This document shows, piece by piece, positions 41,529-50,504 of a stretch of DNA of 64,000 bases. The notes below the pieces were generated by a model. That model had not been told where the DNA came from. It was given only the letters and a program-made list of their open reading frames with translations, and searched no databases. Location of the stretch: assembly GCA_963788655.1 (NCBI GenBank), contig CAWBHS010000110.1, positions 139,299 to 203,298 on the forward strand, read 5' to 3'. The position numbers were made by a program, and so were the translations under genes. This DNA is from an uncultured Verrucomicrobiae bacterium (lineage in GTDB: Bacteria; Verrucomicrobiota; Verrucomicrobiia; Limisphaerales; JAFGQR01). Position 1 is the first letter of the stretch. Each line of letters starts with the position of its first letter.

Positions 41529-42404
41529 CTACTTCGCACGTTCAGGCGCCGCGTTGCGCACGCAGCGAAAGCCGTAGATGTCGTAGCCAAAGCACACGTC
41601 GGCGTAGCCGGGATTCTCGTTGTAGCGGTAGCCGGAACGACAACTCTCATCGCTGAAGCGCCAGGCGCCGCCGCGCACAACTTTGGTTTCGCCCTGCTGG
41701 GGTCCCCGTGGGTTTTCCGTTGGTGATTTCTGGTAATAATCCACCTGGTAAAAATCGTTGCACCATTCCCACAGGTTGCCGCTCATGTCATACAACCCCC
41801 AAGGATTGGGCCGCTTCTGGCCGACCGAATGGGGATGCCCTCCCGAATTCTTCTCATACCAGGCGTAGCCGCCAAGCTTGGTGGGATCGTTGCCGAAGAA
41901 ATAGGCGGTGGTCGTGCCGGCCCGACACGCGTATTCCCATTCGGCCTCCGTGGGCAGGCGGTAGCCGTTGGCCGCGAAGTTGCACTGCCAGGTCTTCAAG
42001 TCGTAGCACGGTTTGAGTTTTTCCTGGCGCGAACGCGCGTTGCAAAATTTCACCGCGTCCGACCACCGCACCTGCTCGACGGGATTCTCCGCGCTTTTCC
42101 AACGGGAAGGGTTCTCGCCCATCACGCGTTGATATTGCTCCTGCGTCACCAGGTGTTTGTCCATGTAGAACGGGCTGATCACCACTTCGTGCGGCGGTGC
42201 GTCCATTTCCTTCTTGTCGCCCATCACGAAACGACCACCGGGGAGCAGCACCATCGCCGTTGCTGAGTTCGTCGCCGGATTGGACGGTGCGGAGGCTACG
42301 GGCTCTGAACGATCCTCGGCCGCTCGGCGTTTGCAGCCGGGAAACATGGCCAGCGATCCAGACAAGAGAAGGGCGGCAAGCAAGCGGTAATTCATGATGC
42401 TCAT
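41529..42404 (-). CDS. FGE/SUMF1-fold lipoprotein
   Basis: Lipobox-like FPGC, PGGRFVMG, YRLPTEAEWEYACRAG, NPWGLYDMSGNLWEWC, RGGAW, GFRCVR. Confidence 0.88.
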   Translation of the reverse strand: MSIMNYRLLAALLLSGSLAMFPGCKRRAAEDRSEPVASAPSNPATNSATAMVLLPGGRFVMGDKKEMDAPPHEVVISPFYMDKHLVTQEQYQRVMGENPSRWKSAENPVEQVRWSDAVKFCNARSRQEKLKPCYDLKTWQCNFAANGYRLPTEAEWEYACRAGTTTAYFFGNDPTKLGGYAWYEKNSGGHPHSVGQKRPNPWGLYDMSGNLWEWCNDFYQVDYYQKSPTENPRGPQQGETKVVRGGAWRFSDESCRSGYRYNENPGYADVCFGYDIYGFRCVRNAAPERAK

Positions 42405-42439
42405 TTTTCAATCTGAGTCGGCCAATGACGATTTCGCAT

Positions 42440-44305
42440 TTAGTAATTCGGCCAGATTTCGTAACCGTCTGGATTGCGCAGACATTCCCGGCAACGATCC
42501 CTGATTTGCCGCGCCAATTTCACGGCTTGAGGTTGGGTGGCACAACCATAACCGGCTTCCTGATACAGTTTGCGGGTGATGATGTGACATTGCGCCAGGA
42601 CGTAATCTTGCGCGCCCCCCATGGCTCGCCACGCTTTGCCGAGTTCGAGATAGGCCGGCAGGTTCCGCGGGGATTTGGTTCCGGCCAGTGCTTTGGTTTG
42701 CTGCGCCAATTCATCGGCGTAACTGAGCGATTTCATGTTCTCCCGCTGCACCTCGTATTCACTCGGAATCTGCCGGACGATGGCCTCCAGACGGTCCGCG
42801 AAGGGCTTCAACTCCGCCGATGAGTTTCCTGCTGATTCAAGGCTTTGAACTATGTCGGTCGCCATACTTTGGTATTCCGCGATTCGCGCCACGTGCCGCC
42901 GAACAAAGAACACCATGTCGTCCACTGCGCCCTCGACATACGCGCGTTTATCGACTTCCTCGCCCGCTTCGAACACGGCCTGGAGCGCTTCCGTGCAACC
43001 ACACGTGCAAGCGCGGCGAACTCCATTGCCACCACGACGATGATGCGTGCGCAACTTGCGTCCGGGCAAATCCAACAGGGCTGCGCACGCTGGCTGGCCG
43101 AGGGTGGCTTTCAGAATATCCACCGGGGTCGAGACGTCGGCTGGAGTGTTCTGGCTCTCCAAAAAATAAATGAGGGCCTCGCCTTTGGGCGGCACTTTTT
43201 TGCTCAGATGAAAGTAAGCGGTGTCGCCGTCAAACCACGCAGGATAGCGATACATCCCGGCGACGCCGCGCCAAATCTGGCCTGGAGCTTCGCGGAAGGT
43301 GAAGGTGGTTTTGACGTCCGCTTCAGTCAGTTGCGTGACCCATTTGGCGGGGAACGGTTGCTTCCATTTCAGCGCCACATCTTTCTCCAGATGCGCCGGC
43401 GTCAAAACCTCACGATGCCAGATGCCGGGAGCATGCAGAGCCGACAGAAAGAAGCTTTGACCAGCCGGTGCAAAATCAATCGCTTCCGCGATACGCCGGC
43501 CGGTGGAGTCATTGGCCAGGTGAACGCTCAATTGCTGTTTTCCCTTCGGCCAAGTCATGACCAGCAGGCTATCTTCGCCTTTGAGCAATCCCAGGAAGAG
43601 GTTGTCCGCCGGAATATGAAGGGTGTCGGCCGAAGCGTAATCCGCGGGATTGAAGATCAAGTCGTCACTGATGAAGTCGGGTGCCACGCCATATTCGAGC
43701 GGACTCAGCAGACGAAATTCGTTCAGTGATTGACTTGGTTGGACACCCACGATCTCCGTCGTGTCGAAGGAGAAGACGGCTGTGCTCGAACGGTTCGTGT
43801 TTCCATTGGCGAAAGAAACCTCCAGCGTCACGGCATTGCCGTTATTCTGCAGGATCGTGCAATGGCTGATGGTTGTCGCGTGCGTCTGGGTTGAAAATGG
43901 AACCAATTCCAAGACTTTTCGATCTTCGTTCGAGCTTGCGGGGACCGGACCGTTACCGCTCTGGTTTTGCGTTTTGGAATACAGAACCATGCGTCCCTGT
44001 TTGGACAAGAACACTGCGATCAACTTGTCGTTTTCGACCACTGCGTCCCCTTGGAATGAATATTCCCTGCCGTAGTAGGCGGGGTCGGAAAAGGACTTGG
44101 CGGGATTGGCTTCAAGGGTCAACAAATCCGCGGGCACCGTTTTCCATCCGGTTCGGTTCTTCAAACGAACGGTGGCGGCAAGCGGCGAGCCAGTGTCCCT
44201 AAGCGCGACGAGGGGAAGTGCTTCTGCGGCCTGAAGTGTGGTGAGGGATGCGAAGGCGGCCAGCAGCAGAGGCAGTATCCGATCGGTACCTGGAGCCATT
44301 CCCAT
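42440..44305 (-). CDS. Secreted hypothetical protein (~620 aa) with Cys-rich helical C-terminus
   Basis: Signal peptide 'RILPLLLAAFASLTTLQA'; long uninterrupted ORF; RRACTCGC, AQCH, CRECL; start uncertain. Confidence 0.7.
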   Translation of the reverse strand: MGMAPGTDRILPLLLAAFASLTTLQAAEALPLVALRDTGSPLAATVRLKNRTGWKTVPADLLTLEANPAKSFSDPAYYGREYSFQGDAVVENDKLIAVFLSKQGRMVLYSKTQNQSGNGPVPASSNEDRKVLELVPFSTQTHATTISHCTILQNNGNAVTLEVSFANGNTNRSSTAVFSFDTTEIVGVQPSQSLNEFRLLSPLEYGVAPDFISDDLIFNPADYASADTLHIPADNLFLGLLKGEDSLLVMTWPKGKQQLSVHLANDSTGRRIAEAIDFAPAGQSFFLSALHAPGIWHREVLTPAHLEKDVALKWKQPFPAKWVTQLTEADVKTTFTFREAPGQIWRGVAGMYRYPAWFDGDTAYFHLSKKVPPKGEALIYFLESQNTPADVSTPVDILKATLGQPACAALLDLPGRKLRTHHRRGGNGVRRACTCGCTEALQAVFEAGEEVDKRAYVEGAVDDMVFFVRRHVARIAEYQSMATDIVQSLESAGNSSAELKPFADRLEAIVRQIPSEYEVQRENMKSLSYADELAQQTKALAGTKSPRNLPAYLELGKAWRAMGGAQDYVLAQCHIITRKLYQEAGYGCATQPQAVKLARQIRDRCRECLRNPDGYEIWPNY

Positions 44306-44521
44306 TTTCCGAGGTCTTTGAGTGACTTCATAATTGATGTCTGCTTCCGGAATTTTCGATGCACTTTTGCATTTTGGAGTTTTCCATCGCGCCTCCGGAA
44401 ATACCGGGATCGCGCCTGGGAGAATAACCAGACCCAGTGTACTCAGGACCACCGCCAAAGCAAGAGTCAGCCGAGGAAATCCCTTGCTTCGCGGCCTTCC
44501 GGCGCGGTAAGTACCTTTTTC

Positions 44522-45826
44522 ATGCACATCGATAGCTTGCACCGTCCGAACCTGACTGACTGGACGAATCATCGCTTCCTTTCCGTTTGGATTCAACGCG
44601 TCGGTATCGCGATTGGACTCAGCTTGTCACTTGCCGGCCAAGCCGCCGATTCCCCGGCGGAATTAGATCGCGCCATTGCCAAGTATCGCATGGGAACGCT
44701 CATCATCCAGACCGAGCCCGGCGCCCAAGTTCGCGTCGAGCAACTGCGACACGAATTCTGGTTTGGAGCGGCCCTGGCCAACCAAGCCTTTAACGGCGGG
44801 CTTAACGCGCAGGACACGGAAAAGTATCGGGCGACCTTCCTGGCTAACTTCAACAGCGCAGTGACGGAGAACGCCTTGAAATGGCACTCGATGGAGCGTC
44901 AGCGCGGGAAGGTGGATTACTCCGTCGTCGATGCCATTTTGAAATGGACGGATGAGCACGAGATTCCCTTGCGCGGACACAACATTTTCTGGGGCGTGCC
45001 CAACATGGTTCAAGGCTGGCTCAAGGCGCTCGATGATGATGAATTCCGCGCGACCCTCAAGGCGCGGGCTTTGGATGTCGGACGCCGCTATCGAGGCCGC
45101 TTCGCCGAATACGATCTGAACAACGAGATGATCCATGGCAATTACTACGAACAGCGCCTCGGTCCGGACATCACCCGGCAAATGGCCCAATGGGTTCGGG
45201 AGGGTGATCCGCAAGCCGTGCTGTATCTCAATGACTATGACGTGCTGACGGGCAACCGGCTGGCCGATTATATCGCCCACATTCGCGGATTGCTGCGCCA
45301 GGGGGTGCCGGTTGGCGGCATTGGCGTGCAGGGCCACCTGCACGGGGAGACGTTTGATCCCGCCGCGCTGCAGAACGCCCTCGATCAACTCGCGCAATTT
45401 AAACTGCCGATTCGCGTGACCGAATTCAACATGCCCGGGCAACGATCCAAGTTTCTTCGCGACCGCCGACTGCGGCCCATGGCGGCGGAAGAAGAAAACA
45501 AAGCCAAAGCGCTGGCGGACTACTACCGTATCTGCTTCGCCCATCCGGCGGTCGGCGGTATCTTGATGTGGGGTTTCTGGGGAGGCGCCAATTGGATTCC
45601 GGCATCGTCATTGTATCGCCGCGACTGGACTCCCACTCCGGCGGCCCAAGCGTACCGTGACTTGGTGTTTCATCAATGGTGGACTCGATGGGAAGGAACC
45701 GCCGACGCCAATGGCCGGTGCGAAGTGCGCGCTTTCTACGGCAAACACCGTGTCACGGCGGGAACACGGGAAACCACCGTTGAACTCAAGCAGGCGAACG
45801 GAACGCAAACCGTTACCGTGAAGTAG
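44522..45826 (+). CDS. Endo-1,4-beta-xylanase family GH10
   Basis: FNSAVTENALKW, LRGHNIFW, DLNNE (acid/base), LYLNDY, GIGVQGH, IRVTEFN (nucleophile), GILMWGF. Confidence 0.9.
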   Translation: MHIDSLHRPNLTDWTNHRFLSVWIQRVGIAIGLSLSLAGQAADSPAELDRAIAKYRMGTLIIQTEPGAQVRVEQLRHEFWFGAALANQAFNGGLNAQDTEKYRATFLANFNSAVTENALKWHSMERQRGKVDYSVVDAILKWTDEHEIPLRGHNIFWGVPNMVQGWLKALDDDEFRATLKARALDVGRRYRGRFAEYDLNNEMIHGNYYEQRLGPDITRQMAQWVREGDPQAVLYLNDYDVLTGNRLADYIAHIRGLLRQGVPVGGIGVQGHLHGETFDPAALQNALDQLAQFKLPIRVTEFNMPGQRSKFLRDRRLRPMAAEEENKAKALADYYRICFAHPAVGGILMWGFWGGANWIPASSLYRRDWTPTPAAQAYRDLVFHQWWTRWEGTADANGRCEVRAFYGKHRVTAGTRETTVELKQANGTQTVTVK

Positions 45827-45841
45827 CCGTTGTCGGTGCCT

Positions 45842-46879
45842 TCACGGTTGGGCAACACCTTCCTGCCGAAACAGCAGCAGCGTGTAAGCGTTGGGATTGT
45901 GCGTCTCCCGGCAGCCCGTTCGCGCCGCCAGGTACGCTTCGATATTGAACACCTGGGCTGCAAAACCATGTTGGGCAAACAGCGCCGTTGTCTTGTCCAG
46001 GCTGAGGGTGTTCCAATGGTATTCTTCGACGGGGCGCACGACATGGTCCGGGATTTCGTCCATGTTAAAGAAGCCGGCGCAAATCCCGTCTCGCGTCACG
46101 CGGCAGATTTCGGCGACGGCCGTTTCCAGGCCCTCGAGCGACAGATGCTCGAACAGGTCGTGCAGGAAACAATATTCAAATGCGCGGTCCGCCGCCTTGA
46201 TGGCAAACACATTACCCAATTCGAAACGAGCTTCCGGGAACATGGCCCGCGCGTTGTCCATGTTCTTCTGGCACAAATCGAAACCGGTGTAATCAATCAA
46301 CCGTGCCAGGCCGCAGGCGTGCAGGAAACGGTAATCATTGGCCGAGCCGCACGCCGGTTCCAATGCTGAGATACGCTCGGGCGTTTCGTCCGCCAGCGCG
46401 TGCCGCCACAAGTTCATGAACCGGTCCAAGTCTTCCGCCTTCAGCCGCGGCGGGTCCGCCACCGAAGACTGCCTGGCGAGGATGGATTCGAGGTAATTGG
46501 GAATCTCCATCCCGTTGACCGTGGTGGGCAGGGCGGCAAACGTCTGGGCGAGGAATTGGGGGATCTCGATGCCTTCCGCGTTGTCGGCACCCTGGCGCAA
46601 CCCGTGCAAGACGGCTTGCAATTCTTCGGGGTCCCCGCTCGGCTTCAATAATTTGACCAACCAATTCATCGCGGCGGCAAACCGCAACTCGTGGTCCATG
46701 AGTTGTTGGAATTTGTCCGCGAACAAGGCCACGATCAGGAAATGCCGCGACAAAAGGCTTTGAACGTTAAGGCGCGGATCCTCGACACTGGCGATCAAAT
46801 ACTCGCGCAGCATCTCCTGGTCGTGCCGCATCCAGGAGCGGGCCAGTTTCTCCGATTCCTGCTTCAGAGTTTGATTCAT
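45842..46879 (-). CDS. Class I SAM-dependent methyltransferase with long N-terminal extension
   Basis: ALEPACGSAND motif I, YTGFDL, FELGNVF, HDLFEHL. Confidence 0.75.
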   Translation of the reverse strand: MNQTLKQESEKLARSWMRHDQEMLREYLIASVEDPRLNVQSLLSRHFLIVALFADKFQQLMDHELRFAAAMNWLVKLLKPSGDPEELQAVLHGLRQGADNAEGIEIPQFLAQTFAALPTTVNGMEIPNYLESILARQSSVADPPRLKAEDLDRFMNLWRHALADETPERISALEPACGSANDYRFLHACGLARLIDYTGFDLCQKNMDNARAMFPEARFELGNVFAIKAADRAFEYCFLHDLFEHLSLEGLETAVAEICRVTRDGICAGFFNMDEIPDHVVRPVEEYHWNTLSLDKTTALFAQHGFAAQVFNIEAYLAARTGCRETHNPNAYTLLLFRQEGVAQP

Positions 46880-46904
46880 AACGAACGGAAGCAAATAGCC
46901 GTAT

Positions 46905-47176
46905 CGTGCTGCCGACTTCCGGCCGGCAGATCGAAGGGATGACGGCACCACGAATTGGTAAGGCAGTTTGGGCGCACTTGGCGCTTTGAGCAGCGGCAGC
47001 GGTTCGAACGTTTCCGGTGCTTCCGTTTCTGCCGGCGGGACGCCGGCAGCACGTTGCCAAGGTGCTGCCGGCATCTTGCCGGCAGATCGACGGGAGAATG
47101 GCGGGGCGAATAGAGACAGAAGTTCGAGGGCCTCCGGCGAGCTCGTTTCAGCCCGCGGGACGCGGGCAGCACGTTG
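46905..47176. repeat. REP-like family A array: two inverted doublets
   Basis: Forward 46905-46934 and 47062-47090; reverse 47029-47056 and 47149-47176. Confidence 0.85.
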
Positions 47177-47185
47177 ACATACAAA

Positions 47186-47809
47186 TTAGCTGGCATGTTT
47201 GGCGGCGGTGATAAACGCGCGCACTTTGGCCGCATCTTTTTCTCCCGGAGCCGACTCGACGCCACTGGAAACATCCACCGCGAACGGGCATACCCGGCGC
47301 ACGGCCTCGGTAACATTGTCCGGCGTCAAGCCGCCGGCCAGGATGATGGGGCGGCCATGGGCCTTCGCTTGGATGGCCAGATCCCAATTGAAACCTTTCC
47401 CGGTTCCACCGTGCTGGGCGGGCACATAACTGTCCAACAACCAGGCATCGGTGGCGTAACCCAGAAGTCCCGGTAGTGATCCCGCGTCACTGACGCGAAA
47501 CGCCTTGATGACCTTCAGGCCAAATTGGGTGCAAAAGTCGGAAGGTTCTTCACCATGAAATTGCAGCGTGTCCAGACCGCATTCGGCAATGGCTTGCCGC
47601 ACGTGTTCGGCCTCCGGATTCACAAAAACTCCCACTTTCGCCACAAAGGGCGGCAAGCCGCGGGTGATGTCCGCCGCCTGCGTCCACGTCACTTGGCGCG
47701 GACTCATTTCATAGAACATGAAGCCAAGCGCATCGGCTCCGTATTCGACCGCTTCGAGCGCATCGTCCCGACAGGTAATGCCGCAGATCTTTACTTTTAC
47801 ATTCAGCAT
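47186..47809 (-). CDS. trpF: Phosphoribosylanthranilate isomerase
   Basis: KVKICGIT, GADALGF, VGVFVN, QFHGEE, LLDS, GGTGKGFNW, LAGGLTPDNV, VDVSSGVE. Confidence 0.96.
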   Translation of the reverse strand: MLNVKVKICGITCRDDALEAVEYGADALGFMFYEMSPRQVTWTQAADITRGLPPFVAKVGVFVNPEAEHVRQAIAECGLDTLQFHGEEPSDFCTQFGLKVIKAFRVSDAGSLPGLLGYATDAWLLDSYVPAQHGGTGKGFNWDLAIQAKAHGRPIILAGGLTPDNVTEAVRRVCPFAVDVSSGVESAPGEKDAAKVRAFITAAKHAS

Positions 47810-47988
47810 GTCCAAAACAACTTGTACCCGAGCTCGGCTTCCCGGTCATGTAGAATCGCAATAACGCGCTTGGAATTGGCTTATCAAGGAAGGGCAATGG
47901 ATTTTAAACTTAGGCTAGGGACGAACACCATCGGATGTGCAAAAGCCACTTGTCACGTTCGCCTGCTTTGCAAGTGTGGCGGCCCGGA

Positions 47989-48023
47989 TGCCCGTGCGCC
48001 GCAACTTGGGCGGCGCACGGGCA
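47989..48023 (-). terminator. 14-bp perfect hairpin just downstream of the secreted-protein operon
   Basis: TGCCCGTGCGCCGC-AACTTGG-GCGGCGCACGGGCA; no clear U tract. Confidence 0.5.
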
Positions 48024-48040
48024 GTGGTTGGCGGGGGGGA

Positions 48041-50489
48041 CTATTGCATCGCGGGCGTTACGATGCGGTAGAAATGTTCCAGTGCGCCGTTCGCATTGGG
48101 ATCGGTCACCGATTGCACGCCATTGGTGGAAGGCGCATCGACGTTGGCAACCGGCGTCCACTGGTCTGGCGGCAGCAGGTTGGCCCGCAGCAGCGAATAG
48201 GTTTTCCCCGCTTCCGCCTCGAAGGTCAGGGTGAGGCTGTTGCCGGCCGGCACGGCGGATAAAATCCGTAGTTCGACGTGGGTCTGTACCGTCCAAGTTG
48301 GGGTGCGCGTGATCACGGCGTCCACCCCGTAATCCGGATCATCCTGATACATGTTGCAATCGCGTTTGCCGGTCACTTCCACGTAGTGCGGGCCATCTTC
48401 CAGACCGGTCAGCGTGATCGGGGTGTTGATGGGCGTTTCGGCACTCCAGGCATTGGTGTCGAGCCGCCACTTGTAACTGACGTAGCCAGAGCCATTCGAC
48501 CAACTGGAAGTGGGAATGGCGTTGCCGGTGCGATTGATGCCCACGACGAGCGTGGCCGACGTGTCGGTGGTGGTGCCGGTGGGAGCGCCGGAAACGGAGC
48601 AGCCCATGGGAACCACCGCGCCCATGTCCAGTCCATTCGGGCCGGTGCCGATGCCGGGCGAACCGGGCAGCAGACTGAACCAATCCCACATCACCTGCGC
48701 CTCGGTCCAATTGGCGAAGTCCGTATCCGCAACCTGCGGAATGTGAGCAAGCATGGGATTCGCGGTCGAGTTGCCGCTCCCCGGGCCGCCCCACGCGTAG
48801 GGCATCAGGTTGTTGTTGAAGGTGACCGTGGCCGAATTCAGATTGCGCACGAGTTGCTCGGCATCGAAGACGATGTTGCCTTCGAGATACATGCCCCGTC
48901 CATCCGCCACGCCACCGTCTTCCAGGCACACTACGCCGCCTTCGGTGTCGGTGCCGCCGGTGTGGGTCTGGTGTACCACGGTGTTGTTGATGAAGGTGTA
49001 GAAATCGCCTTGTTTCGCCATGGCAGCTTGATCGCAGTCATAGAAGATGTTGCCAATGATGGTGATTTCGGAAGTGTCATTACCGTTGTCCCCGCCACTG
49101 ATCCCGCTGGCGGTGTCGGGCGAACCATTCTTGTGGGTGTGCAGAAAGATGTTGTGCTCGACCCACGCATCCGTGCCGTCCAAGTCCAGTTCGTCGTCCC
49201 CAGAGCCGGTGAACACATTGTCGATGAACTGGACGATGGGTTGTCCCGGGCGATTGCCGCCGGTGAAATCCACCACGTCATTATAGTTGTTGACCGCGCC
49301 GAAGAAATTGTGCAGGAAAATGCCCCGCCCGCCGCTCTTGATGCCGCCGGTGCCGTGGAGCAACTCAAAGCCGCTGGTCGCCGTCGGAAATTCGCAATTG
49401 CTCACCACGAACGAGGCACCGTCGAGCGCAACGTACTGATGACTCGTCGTGCCAAACGTCAGGTGGTCCAAGCAGGACGGTGCCGCCCGCCACTTCGATA
49501 CATCGGGTGGCACCGAAGCCTTCAAAGTAGGCATACATGATGCGCGTCTCTGGCGAGCCCACGCTGCCATCGATGGTGAATCCGCCCCAGGACGACGCCC
49601 CGGCGGAAGGACGGATGAATTGGATGGGCGCTTCCTCGGTGCCTTCGGCGAGTAAACGACCGCCGTTGGCGACGGTGACGTTGACACCGCCATTCAAGTG
49701 GACCGCCGTTCCCGCTTCAATGGTGAGGGTGACGCCGCTGTTGATCGTCAGGTGGCCCACCACCGTGTAAACACTGTTACTCGCATACAACGTTGTATCC
49801 GTCGAGATGACTCCGCTGATGGGATTCTGGGTTGGCGGCGGTGGTGCTGTCATGCTGAGATCGCCAATGAGAATACAATCCGAACTCGTATCGTTGTCGT
49901 TCAACGCCATCAGGGCCAGAACATGATTACCGGCGGACAGTCGGCTACCAATAGCGCCCAAGTCATACGTCGTGGGATCCTGGCGCGTGCTGTTGCCGTG
50001 CGAGGATTCATGCAACGCAGTAGCGTGGGCGGTATATGCCGGCTCAGCGGGCGCGCCGGGAGAGTTGGCGCTGGTCAAGTAATTACCATCCAACCAGGCA
50101 ATGAAACCGTCATCCCAATCCACCGTCAGCAGCAGATGCCAAGTCGGGTCCGGCGCCGTGGTGACATTGAATTCTTTCCGTATGTGGAACGTGGAATAGC
50201 CTCCGGACATGTCCGTCAAACGTGTCTGCACGTCCACCAACTCCGGATCATTGTCGGCATAGCCAAAGCCACCGTTACCGGTAAGCCAAGTGGCATCCAA
50301 GCTCGAATCGGTGACCGTCTTCCAATTGCTCTGCGGCGTGGCCGTGCCTTTGTGATAGCGCCAAGTGGTGCCGTGGTTCACCAGCGGCGTGGGCGTGGTT
50401 TGTGCCTGAGCCAATGGGCTTCCGGGCCAACCGAACATTAATAGCACAGTGCAGATTGAACTGAGGAGGGGATACTTTTTCAATTTCAT
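48041..50489 (-). CDS. Secreted ~810-aa protein: beta-sandwich, parallel beta-helix region and FYRIVTP C-terminal domain (frameshift ~49490)
   Basis: Signal peptide MKLKK...AQA; WDDGFIAWLDG module; LTIEAGT...GRLLAEGT...PIQF and Asn/Asp-rich beta-helix repeats. Confidence 0.75.
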
Positions 50490-50504
50490 AAGGTCTTTCG
50501 TAGG

